A stretch of 63,878 nucleotides of DNA, taken from positions 10,060-73,937 of the forward strand of contig DJRQ01000038.1 of NCBI GenBank assembly GCA_002440125.1. The letters are read 5' to 3'. The notes under the pieces were generated by a model, which searched no databases, was not told the DNA's origin, and was given only the letters and a program-made list of their open reading frames with translations. The stretch is from Bacillales bacterium UBA6356 (GTDB taxonomy: Bacteria > Bacillota_I > Bacilli_A > RFN20 > CAG-826). Numbering within the stretch: the first letter of the stretch is position 1; each line of letters opens with the position of its first letter. A program made the translations under genes and the position numbers. Below, in pieces: positions 28,548 to 38,486 of the stretch.

Positions 28548-30506
28548 CTAGAAAACAAACCGCGAGGAATCGAAACCGTAAATCGTATTGAACTTTGTTT
28601 TTTCCATCTGATCGTTGTTGGAGTTGTAATTCCAAGTGCTGGACCAGTCGGATGGCAATTGGTTTTCGGCCCATTCGGTATAAACGACGAGCTTTTCAAA
28701 GTCGCAAAGGCTAAAAGCGTTGTATTTGATTTTGACCACGCTTTTGGGGACAAAAACTGCCTTTAAATTCGGCATATTATAGAAAGGCGCGTATTCCAAA
28801 GTCGTCACAGAGCTGGGGATTTTTATGACCTCAAGTTCCGAATAGCCAAAAGCTTGGTCATAAATCGTTTGGACGGTATTGGGAATATAGGCGTTGGTCC
28901 CGCCTTTGCCATTCGCATAGACGATAAGCATCGTTTTGTCTTTGTTATAGAGAGATCCGAAATCATCGCTCGAATAAAACTTATTATTGGGGCTAACAGT
29001 GAAACGAATGATATTCTCGGTCGATTTCTGGAAGGGGAAAACGCCGCTAAGCTTCTCTAAGTTCTCAGGAAGATTGACATACTTTAATTTCGCCATATCG
29101 CAAAAGGCGAATCGATCGATGGTTTTCACCGACTTAAAATCCAATTCCTCCAAGGATTCGCATTGCCCGAAAGCGTATTCCCCTACCGTTTCCAGGCTTC
29201 GAGGCAAATGGATATTCGCCAGGCTTTTGTTGCCATTTAGGGCATACTTAGAAATTTCCGTAATGGTGTCGGGAAGGAAAAGGCTCTTCAATTTGCTTAA
29301 GGATGATATGCCATATTCCGGGATCGAGGCCAAAGGCGTATCGCTAGGGATATAAAGGTATTCGAGGTTCTTCCAATATTGGATGCCATTCGCGGGGAGG
29401 GTTTTGATCGTATTCGGCAAAGCGAAAGAAGTGATGCTGTTTACGAAATCATTCGTCGTTATTTTCTTAAACGAGGTAACTTCCTTCCCTTCGTGATAAG
29501 CAGGGATCCCAACGCTCAAATTCGTTAAGACGCTCGTGGACGAATAGGTATTCAAGCTAGAAACCTTGACCGAGCCATCTCCATTGTCTTCGTAATTCCA
29601 GTCATAGCCGTTTCCGCTTGCTTTCAAATCCACGAATTTGGCATACAAAGTCAAGTCGCTATATGTGGACGTCAAAGGGAAAGTGACGGGAGTCACGAAT
29701 TTTTCGTCGAAATAAAAGCCAAAGAAAACCACATCGGAGACGCTATTTTTGTCTTCTATGTTGCTAAACGGGTCATAAGAAATGCTTTCAAGGCTCGATC
29801 CTTTCGTCACTTCCAGAGATTCTTTAGGGGCGTAGGATCCGGTTTCGAAAGAAATCCTTATCTTTTCCGTTTCATTCAAAGGTTTGACTTTCACCTTGAA
29901 TTCTTCGTGCTTGGAGAAATCTTTGCTCGCAAAAACCTTGATGGTGACTTCTTCGTCGGTGTGTTTGATCGCCTTTAATGTCTTCTCTGAAGAATTCACC
30001 TCGATGGCTTGACTCGAAGAAGTGATTTCCACCCCTTGATTGGCTTCGCTTGGGAGAACGCTTGTCTCTAGACGAATCGTTTCCCCAACGCCGATGAGGC
30101 TCGGTTCGTTTTGGACGATAAGAGACGTGACTGGAGTCACATCGACGTTAATGGATATCGGTTGGGAGATGAATTCGTCGCTCGAAACGGTAATCAAGGC
30201 CGTCCCCTTCGAGGCCGCCTTGACAAGACCCTCATCATCGACGAAAGCGACGCTTGGATCCGAGCTCACCCATTTCAATAACAAGACGTCGATATCCGGA
30301 TCGGCTTGGACGCTTAGTTGCAAGGTCTCTCCGACTGCAAGCTTATCTTTGCTAGGGTTATTGATGACCAATTTCGAATCACCATCCGAAAGGCTAGTTC
30401 CGCTGCTATGGCCCGCTTGGCTGCTATTGCTATCAACTGGCTGGCTACCGCAACTTGCTAACGCTGCAAGCGAAAAAGCCATTAAACCTAATATCTTTTT
30501 GTTCAT
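28548..30506 (-). CDS. Surface lipoprotein with Ig-like (Big_2-type) repeats and BspA-type leucine-rich repeats
   Basis: Lipobox LAALASC-GSQ; Big_2-like segments (LQLSVQADPD...WVSSDPSVAFVDDEGLVKAASKGTALITV); C-terminal LRR_5 pattern (IPEYGISSLSKLKSLFLPDTITEISKYALNGNKSLANIHLP...). Confidence 0.85.
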   Translation of the reverse strand: MNKKILGLMAFSLAALASCGSQPVDSNSSQAGHSSGTSLSDGDSKLVINNPSKDKLAVGETLQLSVQADPDIDVLLLKWVSSDPSVAFVDDEGLVKAASKGTALITVSSDEFISQPISINVDVTPVTSLIVQNEPSLIGVGETIRLETSVLPSEANQGVEITSSSQAIEVNSSEKTLKAIKHTDEEVTIKVFASKDFSKHEEFKVKVKPLNETEKIRISFETGSYAPKESLEVTKGSSLESISYDPFSNIEDKNSVSDVVFFGFYFDEKFVTPVTFPLTSTYSDLTLYAKFVDLKASGNGYDWNYEDNGDGSVKVSSLNTYSSTSVLTNLSVGIPAYHEGKEVTSFKKITTNDFVNSITSFALPNTIKTLPANGIQYWKNLEYLYIPSDTPLASIPEYGISSLSKLKSLFLPDTITEISKYALNGNKSLANIHLPRSLETVGEYAFGQCESLEELDFKSVKTIDRFAFCDMAKLKYVNLPENLEKLSGVFPFQKSTENIIRFTVSPNNKFYSSDDFGSLYNKDKTMLIVYANGKGGTNAYIPNTVQTIYDQAFGYSELEVIKIPSSVTTLEYAPFYNMPNLKAVFVPKSVVKIKYNAFSLCDFEKLVVYTEWAENQLPSDWSSTWNYNSNNDQMEKTKFNTIYGFDSSRFVF

Positions 30507-30518
30507 TTCTCTACCTCT

Positions 30519-33077
30519 CTATTTGAATTTGCTATTCTCAAAAACATCGATCTTGACAGTCAATGGTTCTTTGGAAGAAAAAGAATAATAGGTAGAGCCC
30601 AGCTCCACCGAACTCACTTGATTATAAGAAGTGATCTTTACCAATTTCCCGACTTGTTGGGCCTTGCCTTGCCAATCGGCTCTTACGAATTGGAAGCCGA
30701 AAAAGTAGTAACCCGATTTCACCATCGAATTGCCCGTAAATTGCTCTTCGGTCAATAACGAGTGCAAATAGATTGTTTTTCCAAGCGAGAATTTGCCATC
30801 CGTTTGGACGTATTGATCCGATCCATCGAAATTGTATTCGAGTTGATATTGATCCATCGACAAAGCCAAGGGATTGGTGTTCTCCTCTTCGACGGCTTTT
30901 TTATCGATGCTGAGGGTCAATGAAATCGGGCTATTCGGCATCACGAAAGAAAACGCCATTTGAACATCGCTATATCCCTGATCGCCGATAACGGTGATTG
31001 TGGTATCTTTCAAAGAGCTTTCCACTTTGAAAGTCGAAGTGTCGACCGTGTCTTTCTTCGCATTCGCGTAAATTGTGACTTTTTCGCCAGTCGGAACTTC
31101 CTCAAAAGGGAAGGTGACGTTATTCTTTCTTCCGGTTGTTGAGGAAGAAAGATCGAAAGAAGTGAACAATTTCGAGCTATCGACCAAATTGATGGCGGGA
31201 TAGACGATCTTTTGCCCTTCTAAGGTCAAGGTCAAAGTCTCCTCCATTTCGATAACAATGAAGGAATAGGAGGTATCGCTTTCCTTTTTGAATGCAACGT
31301 TTGTGTTATTGGAAGTAAGGCTCTTAAATTCATAGCCATTCTCAAAGCCAAAGCTCAAGGTCACCTTGCTTCCGACGGTAACGGCGCCATAGTCGTAAAT
31401 CTTGTTATTCTTTTCATCGCGCGCTTCAAAAGAACTCACGCCAGTTCCTTTTTTGAAGACAAGGGAAACCGTCTTCACTTCCGAAGTCTTAACGACTATT
31501 TCGACGTCATGAGCAGGCATTGTGAAGACATATTTGCCATCTTCTAAGGAGACCTCTACCCCAGTGATCGAAACGGAATCGATTTGGTAGCCTTCGTTGG
31601 CTTTGATGGCGAAGCTCGCTTTCTCACCGGCCTTGAAGATGGCGTCTTTATCGGAGACGGAGAAGGTGTCTGCTTCGCCTTTGAAGGTAACGGAATAGTA
31701 ACGATCGGCTTGGCAAGTCACATTCACTTCCCCTTCGGAAGGAACGGTGAAGAAAAACCTCGTCTCCCCCAAGGAATCTTTTCTCTTCGTCAATTCTTTG
31801 CCTTCTTGGTAAAAGAAGGTTGCATCCGAAGTCAAGAAGCCTTCATTCAAAGTTGGAACGAACTCCACCTCATCGGTCGGAAAGGCGCTTGTCGTGGTTA
31901 GGCTATTGACCAAGAACTCTCCCGTTTTCAAAGCGTCGGATGCCGTGAAAGAGAGTGTTTTCGGGGTCGCGATCTCAAAATCAATCAAAACGCTCGATTG
32001 AGGCATCGTGAAGGTCAATAAGCCATCATTCGCGATAAAAACGGACGCGATTTCTTTTTCTTCGCCATCGGTTACGGTAGCGGAAATCGGCTTATATCCA
32101 GTTTCGCCCGTCGCTTTTATCGAGACGAAATCGCCATAGAACACATTCGTGGTCTTGCTCGTCTCGATTTTCAATTTGTCTAAGTCGTCTTCCTTGAACG
32201 TAATATTGCCAGCCCCGACTTGGCTCGCTTCGATATTGATGGTAACGCTCTTGGCATCTTCCTTTACGGGAATCGTAACCAAACCATCGTCTTGGATGGA
32301 TAAAGGCAAGCCGGATGCTCCATCAAAAAGATAATTCCCGCTAATTTTGACGCCATAATTTCCTATGATATAGAAAGTCATATCCCCATCAAACTGATAG
32401 GTGGCTTCGTTTTCGATGCCATAAACCTTGTAATTCAAATCATCGGCATTGAATGTCACGCGGACACCGGTGGAACTAGGAATGTAATACTCAAAGATTT
32501 CAATTTTGAAATCGACGCTGGGAACCGCAAAAGTCCCATGGAATTTCCCATCGGCTTCTTCTATATCGAATTCGCTTCCATTGACGAAGAACTTATATTT
32601 CTTTCCTTCTAATCCTTTAAAGGAGAATTCAACTTCATCGCCCTCATAAAATGTTTTTTGAGTCAATCCATCGATATCGATGATATGAGATGAGTAGGCT
32701 TTCACCTCTGTTAGATTCAGAACCTTCTTCGCTTCGCTCTTGACAGTTATAGTAATATCGCTATTGGGCATGGAGAAGGAATAGACCTCGCCCTTTTTCA
32801 CCTCAGTAAAAGCGATTTCCTTATTCGCGAATTCCTTGAACCGATATCCTTCGTTAAAGGTCAAATAGACATCGATAAGATCGCCTTCTTTGGCCTCGGA
32901 GACTATTTCGCCGCCGACTTTGAAAAGAACGCTCCCGTTTTCGTTAACAAAGCCAAGCGAGTGTTTGTTTTGTTGCTTATCAGAGCTCTCTGCGCTCGTT
33001 GAACCATCCGGAAGCTTGGACTCTGCGCAAGCTCCAAGAAGCACCAATGGCAAAATAAGAAGCAAACTTTTTTTCAT
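30519..33077 (-). CDS. Large repetitive lipoprotein, unknown function
   Basis: MKKSLLLILPLVLLGAC-AES lipobox (start moved to ATG 33077). Reiterated beta-sandwich-like modules carrying (E/T/N)GY-x-(F/P/I) motifs (EGYRFKEF, TGYKPISA, EGYQIDSV, NGYEFKSL). Confidence 0.8.
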   Translation of the reverse strand: MKKSLLLILPLVLLGACAESKLPDGSTSAESSDKQQNKHSLGFVNENGSVLFKVGGEIVSEAKEGDLIDVYLTFNEGYRFKEFANKEIAFTEVKKGEVYSFSMPNSDITITVKSEAKKVLNLTEVKAYSSHIIDIDGLTQKTFYEGDEVEFSFKGLEGKKYKFFVNGSEFDIEEADGKFHGTFAVPSVDFKIEIFEYYIPSSTGVRVTFNADDLNYKVYGIENEATYQFDGDMTFYIIGNYGVKISGNYLFDGASGLPLSIQDDGLVTIPVKEDAKSVTINIEASQVGAGNITFKEDDLDKLKIETSKTTNVFYGDFVSIKATGETGYKPISATVTDGEEKEIASVFIANDGLLTFTMPQSSVLIDFEIATPKTLSFTASDALKTGEFLVNSLTTTSAFPTDEVEFVPTLNEGFLTSDATFFYQEGKELTKRKDSLGETRFFFTVPSEGEVNVTCQADRYYSVTFKGEADTFSVSDKDAIFKAGEKASFAIKANEGYQIDSVSITGVEVSLEDGKYVFTMPAHDVEIVVKTSEVKTVSLVFKKGTGVSSFEARDEKNNKIYDYGAVTVGSKVTLSFGFENGYEFKSLTSNNTNVAFKKESDTSYSFIVIEMEETLTLTLEGQKIVYPAINLVDSSKLFTSFDLSSSTTGRKNNVTFPFEEVPTGEKVTIYANAKKDTVDTSTFKVESSLKDTTITVIGDQGYSDVQMAFSFVMPNSPISLTLSIDKKAVEEENTNPLALSMDQYQLEYNFDGSDQYVQTDGKFSLGKTIYLHSLLTEEQFTGNSMVKSGYYFFGFQFVRADWQGKAQQVGKLVKITSYNQVSSVELGSTYYSFSSKEPLTVKIDVFENSKFK

Positions 33078-33322
33078 ACTAAAACCCCTCCCGATTGAGC
33101 ACCATATTATATATAGGTTCAAAAACGCACTTTACAAGCAATATTTTCCAAGGCTCTATATAAACCCTATAAACGGACGAGTGATAAAATTTTGAACAAT
33201 TCCTTTATTGTCGATACCGTCAAAAATTTCTAAACGTTTTTATCATCATTACCGATGTTCTTCCGAAAGAACAGCAAAAAAAGTTCGACGCATTCGAGCG
33301 CATCGAACTTATCTTTCGCCTT

Positions 33323-33396
33323 TGGAGCATCCGGGCGGATTCGAACCGTCGGTTGGTGAGTTGCAGTCACCTGCCTTACCACTTGGCTACGGATGC
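33323..33396 (-). tRNA. tRNA-Cys (anticodon GCA)
   Basis: Hand fold: acceptor GCATCCG/CGGATGC, anticodon arm GGTGA-CTGCAAC-TCACC, T loop TTCGAAT (one A-C mismatch in the T stem), encoded CCA. Confidence 0.85.
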
Positions 33397-33534
33397 AGCT
33401 TTTGAATGATAGCACTTAGGAAGAAGTCCCGCAATGAGGGAAAAGCAAAGCGTTATTCGATAGCGAGCCGTCAGACGACAAAGCAATCGCGAAAGTTGGA
33501 ATATTCCATCTCAAAAACCATACGCACCTAAAAC

Positions 33535-34548
33535 TTATTTGGCGTGATAGCGTGCTATGATTTCCTTGACCTTCGAATAATCAAAGAGGGCGTAATTGTC
33601 GCTCGCTCCTTCTTCATCCGTCAAAGCAGCGAGAAAATCCTCCTTCTCATCGCGATAAACATCGATGTATGGCGAGATTTCAGTGTCTTTATCAAGAAGG
33701 TCGACGTTTCCTAACCCATAACGAGGAAGAGGCAAATAATCTTTGCCGTCAATGGTTTTAACCTTTACGGAAATAGGGGGAAGAAGGGAGTCCGTATTCC
33801 CTTCCATCCCAAAGGTCGGAGCATATATTGCTTTGGCATCTTTAAAAGACGAAAGAGCCATCTCAAGCATCTTTCCTTCTCGAATGTTTCGATTCTCCAT
33901 AGAGAATTTCTTCGTTACAGAATCGTAAGAAAGCCTTAATGCGTTATATACCGCCGTCTCTTTCTTGAAAGCAGTTACGGAAGAGGCTTCCTCAAGAGTT
34001 CGAACGTTTTGTTTTTCCAAAGCGAAAACAAGGCGATATCCATCCGTTTCGAGAGGGATATTTTCGAGCGTTTCGCTTTTTAGAACAAGCGCCTTTGCCG
34101 TTTTGCCAAGAAGCTGGGCCCCGAGAAGATATTTCCCACCGACCACCATTTCTTCATCGAAAGAAAAAGGGTAACTAGCCTTATCTTTCAAGGAAAACTC
34201 CACTTCTTTTTTGGATGCTTCATAATCGCTTTTAGAAAGGTAAACGAAATAATACCCTTCCGATGGGCCATAGTCATTCAAGAAAGTCAAAGTTCGGTTA
34301 TCTTTGGAACCTTGGATTCCATCCAGAAGAGCATCGTCATACCCTTTCCAAAGGTAACGATAAGAATACGCCTCCCCTGGTTTTACTTTGGTGAGGGAGA
34401 GGGGGTAAGAAATAACTTCTTCTTTGCCTTCCGTTACCATTTCTACATCATCTGGGAGTTTAACCTGAGAAGTGCAAGAGCATAATCCGAAAAACGCAAT
34501 AGCAGTTACCGGTAAAACGCATTTTATAAAAGAGTTTTTCATAAGCAT
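33535..34548 (-). CDS. Lipoprotein, unknown function
   Basis: 337 aa; lipobox FFGLCSC-TSQ. The alternative ATG at 34542 forms an ATGA overlap with the upstream ORF stop. Confidence 0.75.
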   Translation of the reverse strand: MLMKNSFIKCVLPVTAIAFFGLCSCTSQVKLPDDVEMVTEGKEEVISYPLSLTKVKPGEAYSYRYLWKGYDDALLDGIQGSKDNRTLTFLNDYGPSEGYYFVYLSKSDYEASKKEVEFSLKDKASYPFSFDEEMVVGGKYLLGAQLLGKTAKALVLKSETLENIPLETDGYRLVFALEKQNVRTLEEASSVTAFKKETAVYNALRLSYDSVTKKFSMENRNIREGKMLEMALSSFKDAKAIYAPTFGMEGNTDSLLPPISVKVKTIDGKDYLPLPRYGLGNVDLLDKDTEISPYIDVYRDEKEDFLAALTDEEGASDNYALFDYSKVKEIIARYHAK

Positions 34549-34868
34549 TCCTTCCCTCCTCCTATAAGATTTTCTTGTTGAATGGGGTCTTTAAAAGAGT
34601 CGATCGTCGCATGGCAGAGCATGCATGTTTTATATCTTCCAGCCCCTAAAGCAATATGATTTCCAAAAACGCCATTGGTTTTTCCACACGAATAACTTTG
34701 AAGACGCTTAATCAAATCATAAAACGAATCGAAATAAAAAGATATCGGCTCAAAGACCCATACCCACAAGCCCCTTTTTGATTTGTCGGTGAGAATTGAG
34801 TCATATCGTAAAAAACCGTGAAGGAAAAAAGGAAGTAACAAGTTCTTAATGTTTCGCTGGTATTTCAT
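34539..34868 (-). CDS. Small Cys-containing hypothetical protein
   Basis: 109 aa; SD AAAGGAG upstream; C-x17-C-x2-C-H cluster (SCGKTNG...YKTCMLCH). No family recognised. Confidence 0.5.
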   Translation of the reverse strand: MKYQRNIKNLLLPFFLHGFLRYDSILTDKSKRGLWVWVFEPISFYFDSFYDLIKRLQSYSCGKTNGVFGNHIALGAGRYKTCMLCHATIDSFKDPIQQENLIGGGKECL

Positions 34869-35289
34869 AAAAATCTCCTTTTTAGCTTACAATTAGCAAG
34901 TATTTTGTCAACCTCATTTTGTTTAATTTAATATAACGTTTTTAAAGATTGTCGATTCACCAAAAAACACTCAAGCGAAAATTCTGAAATATTCCCCAAT
35001 AAGTTGCTTTTTTGTAAAGTTGAAGCTCATATATCCTATCGAGCGATAATACATTTTAATTTTATCAATCAATGCAAATACATCATCTTGAATTCCATTC
35101 ATAGTATCGGAATAGAAGCGAAGAAGAAAAACGCCTAAAAAATCAACATCCCACACAAAGAACGTAGAATATCGACTTTTCAAGATTATGTATAGCGGCC
35201 GATCCTTTGAAGCTCTATGCAAAGGATCCAACCTTAAGGCAGTTTCAAGATATATACCCAAATGAGGTGAAAGCGAGGTAAGCTGATTT

Positions 35290-36468
35290 CTATCTCTTCA
35301 AAGACATGAAAACACCGCATCCATCCGTGAAAAGAGTCCTTTTTCGAAGAAGCGGCCTCAAATAATCGCGGAAGCCTTCCGAAAAGGAATGATGATCCTT
35401 GAGATATTCTTTTGGCATATAAAGGATTTTGCCACCCACGCTATCTAAAGAGACAGGGTGGAATTCCACGCGATAAGGATTATTCGAAATTCTAGAAATC
35501 GCTGGCATAACTCCCTTCTTTCCATCCAAAAAGAAGGAAAGAGCGGCTTCGCTTGCCCTCAAAGCTTCGTCAATATCCACTTGGCTTGCCAAAACAGGAT
35601 CGCTTCGCATAGGACTCGATAAAACGCTGACTCTGCTTTTTAAACCAAGCGCCTTGCGAATCAAAGCGCTCCATTCATAAGCAGCCCCTTCGAAATTCAT
35701 ATGCCCAAACGGATCTTTCTCTTTGGGGGCGTTATGGTTGATGCCTTCGCTTAGGACCACTAAAGCGCGTTTCTTTTTTTCGTAGATTCCCTTTAGTTCG
35801 TTCAAGAACTCCTTATGGTCGATAGGAAGTTCAGGGACGAGGATGAGGTCCGGATGGTAAGGTTCTTCGAGAAGATCCGTAGAGGCGGCAAGCCAGCCGG
35901 TATCTCGACCCATCGTTTCGACGATCTGGATTTTCCCTTCCTTATAGCTAAAGCCATCGATGGCGATGGATTTGGTAAGGGAAACGGTATGCAAGGCTGC
36001 GCTTGCGTATCCTAAAGTATGATCGAAACCAACGAGGTCGTTATCGATGGTTTTAGGGATGCCAATGACCGAAATGGGAATATCGTGAAGCGAGAAAGAG
36101 CGAAAAAGCTTCGCGGCCGTTAGCATCGAATCGTTGCCTCCATTGACGAAAACGCAATCGATTTCAAAAGAAAGGAGCTTCTCTTTTATTTTTTCATATA
36201 AAGGAGAGGACAAATCCTCTGGCAAATTCTTTCTTGAGCTTCCCAAATACATGCCAGGCGTCTGGGTAAGGAGATTCAAATCGTTCTCGCTTAAACCCCT
36301 TAAATTCGTAAAATCGCCATCCAAAACCCCTTCGATTCCGTACCGAGCGCCATATATTTCACCAATCGAAGGGCTCTTCAAAGCAGATAGCACCAGCCCA
36401 GCCAAAGAGGCATTGATAACAGCGGTTGGACCACCGCTTTGGAAATAGAGGATGTTCTTCTTTTTCAT
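35290..36468 (-). CDS. 6-phosphofructokinase (ATP- or PPi-dependent PFK family)
   Basis: 392 aa; FQSGGPTAVINAS, NGGNDSM, IPKTIDNDL and ETMGRDTGWLA motifs. Confidence 0.9.
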   Translation of the reverse strand: MKKKNILYFQSGGPTAVINASLAGLVLSALKSPSIGEIYGARYGIEGVLDGDFTNLRGLSENDLNLLTQTPGMYLGSSRKNLPEDLSSPLYEKIKEKLLSFEIDCVFVNGGNDSMLTAAKLFRSFSLHDIPISVIGIPKTIDNDLVGFDHTLGYASAALHTVSLTKSIAIDGFSYKEGKIQIVETMGRDTGWLAASTDLLEEPYHPDLILVPELPIDHKEFLNELKGIYEKKKRALVVLSEGINHNAPKEKDPFGHMNFEGAAYEWSALIRKALGLKSRVSVLSSPMRSDPVLASQVDIDEALRASEAALSFFLDGKKGVMPAISRISNNPYRVEFHPVSLDSVGGKILYMPKEYLKDHHSFSEGFRDYLRPLLRKRTLFTDGCGVFMSLKR

Positions 36469-36533
36469 TAGGATATTCTATAAAGAAAAGAAAGGCTTTT
36501 CTAGACGAAAGGCCTTTCATAAGAAATTTCGAT

Positions 36534-38486
36534 TTAAGCGCTTTTTCTTTCTTCGCGACGTTTCCTTCGAAGCCGTTTGGAAGCGTTCTTTGTGACAAGG
36601 AAGGTCACCACTAAGCCGCCTGCTAAGGCAATTTCCAAAGAAAGAACGACAATAGCCCAAATCGGCAAAGGAGAGCTCTTGACCTGTTCCCACATCGTCA
36701 ATACATCCGAAGCATCGTTGCCATAGTCTTCCATGATGGCTAAGCTTGGCATCGAGCAAAGGACCGTCCCTTTTTCCGTTTCGTCTTCGACGGGGTATTG
36801 GGCCAAGAATTGGCGTCCGACAAGAACCGTCTCTTCTTCGCCATCGAGGTTTTTCCCCGTCACTTCCTCGATTTCATCGCTATAGAAGATAGTGTCGATG
36901 TTGTCATGAAGTTCTTCGTTATCGAGCGTCCCATTATAGAAATAAGAGAGATCGATCCTCGTCCAATCTTCTTCAAGCTCTTCCTTAGCGAACTCGCTCC
37001 AACTCATCGCTACGCCATCCGAAGAGGCCATCTGATAGTCGCTCCCACGCATGTCGATATCCCCATAATCGAGCCCATCGTCATGAATGCCAGTGCCATC
37101 TTTATAAACGTAATTCCCCTCATCATCGAGAAGATAGGCTTCTTCCTCTTCGTCGTAGACATACATCGCTGCCGTCCGAGGATCGTAGGATTCGCGGATA
37201 TAGGTCAAAACGTCATTGCCCCCGACAAAAGAAGTGTATCCGATGTAATCCATATTGGCGGCGACGATTTCCGGATTCGAAATATAGTCGATGAACTTTT
37301 GGCAATATTGCTTTTTAAGGTCGTTCCCATGGACGTTGTCTTTGAGCATAACCCAGTTATCGCTCCAAATATTGCCACCCGTCAGAGGGACAGAATAATA
37401 CAAAGACACGGGATTTGCGGAGTTTTCGTCCCCTAAATCCATGGAAGTGATGGCATCGCCACTCCAAGCCGTGTCGATGCCGCTCTTCTTGCCCGTCGTG
37501 ATATCGGTCTTGCCGCTATCGACTTCCATCCCAAAGCTATTGTCTTTAAGCGTCGTCAAAGCATTTTGGATTTCATCGAGGATGATTTCCTTGGTATAGG
37601 TTTTTGAGGAACTATCCACTTTCTTGGCCAAGGCATTGAATTCATCGAGATAGTTTAAGTTGTTGAATATGACTTTCACATCTTGTTGGTATTGCTCTTT
37701 GGAATAGAGATTCCCCTGAGCATCGCGCCCAGCAACATACCAATCTTTCAAGGCCTTGAAATACTTGTCGTAGACGTGCATAAGACCAATGGCATAGGTG
37801 TCACGCATCGAGTCTTTGATTTGGAAAGTGCCATGATACGCTTCGTTCCACATGGCGTTCCAATCGCTCATTTGGACCTTGACGTCTTCGGAGGAAAGGC
37901 CGCGTTCTTGGTAGACGGAGAAATCGGGGTTATAGGTGATGCCTAAAGTGCCCCACATATAACCGCGCGCATAGTCGCCAAGCTTCCTTTCTTCCACGCC
38001 ATCCGAGGTTTTCACTTTGGCGCGAATGCCATCGAGAAGATTCTTCAATGTCGGCGAAGCGTATTCCTCGTAATAGTCTTCCCACTTCGAAGCGCTCTCT
38101 CCGTAAAGAGCGGCCCTTTCCTCTCCCCTCGCAAAAGGTTCAAGCATATCTAGACCCATCATCTTTTGGATGATGTAGTCGCTATTGTTGACAAGATCAT
38201 AAGCCGCCGTCCCTGCCGTTACTTTGGAAAGGATCTCTTCAGGGGTGCTAAAGACGCTGTAATTGACTTTAAGAGTGACGCCATCGACTTCTTTCACATA
38301 ATCGACAAAATCGTCCACCAAAGTCCTCGGAAGGCCGTTTTCCGTATCGTAAGTCAAGATGTAATCATCGCTATTTGCGATATTGATCGTAATAACAGAA
38401 TCAGATGAATCGCTTTCGTTTGCCCCACAAGAGGCGAGCATCAAAGCGGTTAAGCTTAAAACAAGCAAGGAACTCTTTTTTTTCAT
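36534..38486 (-). CDS. potD: Spermidine/putrescine ABC transporter substrate-binding lipoprotein, enlarged, with a C-terminal TM anchor
   Basis: MKKKSSLLVLSLTALMLASC-GAN lipobox (start ATG 38486 overlaps the potC stop, TAATG). About 650 aa. C-terminal helix PIWAIVVLSLEIALAGGLVVTFLV followed by a basic tail. Last gene of the pot operon. Confidence 0.8.
   Translation of the reverse strand: MKKKSSLLVLSLTALMLASCGANESDSSDSVITINIANSDDYILTYDTENGLPRTLVDDFVDYVKEVDGVTLKVNYSVFSTPEEILSKVTAGTAAYDLVNNSDYIIQKMMGLDMLEPFARGEERAALYGESASKWEDYYEEYASPTLKNLLDGIRAKVKTSDGVEERKLGDYARGYMWGTLGITYNPDFSVYQERGLSSEDVKVQMSDWNAMWNEAYHGTFQIKDSMRDTYAIGLMHVYDKYFKALKDWYVAGRDAQGNLYSKEQYQQDVKVIFNNLNYLDEFNALAKKVDSSSKTYTKEIILDEIQNALTTLKDNSFGMEVDSGKTDITTGKKSGIDTAWSGDAITSMDLGDENSANPVSLYYSVPLTGGNIWSDNWVMLKDNVHGNDLKKQYCQKFIDYISNPEIVAANMDYIGYTSFVGGNDVLTYIRESYDPRTAAMYVYDEEEEAYLLDDEGNYVYKDGTGIHDDGLDYGDIDMRGSDYQMASSDGVAMSWSEFAKEELEEDWTRIDLSYFYNGTLDNEELHDNIDTIFYSDEIEEVTGKNLDGEEETVLVGRQFLAQYPVEDETEKGTVLCSMPSLAIMEDYGNDASDVLTMWEQVKSSPLPIWAIVVLSLEIALAGGLVVTFLVTKNASKRLRRKRREERKSA

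Noticed and set aside
28537-28674. N-terminal extensions of track ORFs. Examples: the 803-aa version of the lipoprotein; 33078-33122; 38487-38591; 12647-12712; 14419-14475; 8160-8255; 48401-48424; 57446-57460; 59560-59610; 41726-41749.
   Set aside because: In each case an internal ATG with a proper SD and/or a signal peptide or lipobox gives a more plausible start. The extension overlaps the neighbouring gene or a promoter.
34971-35261. 96-aa ORF in the AT-rich stretch downstream of the phosphofructokinase gene.
   Set aside because: TTG start, no SD and no motif. Not reported as a gene.
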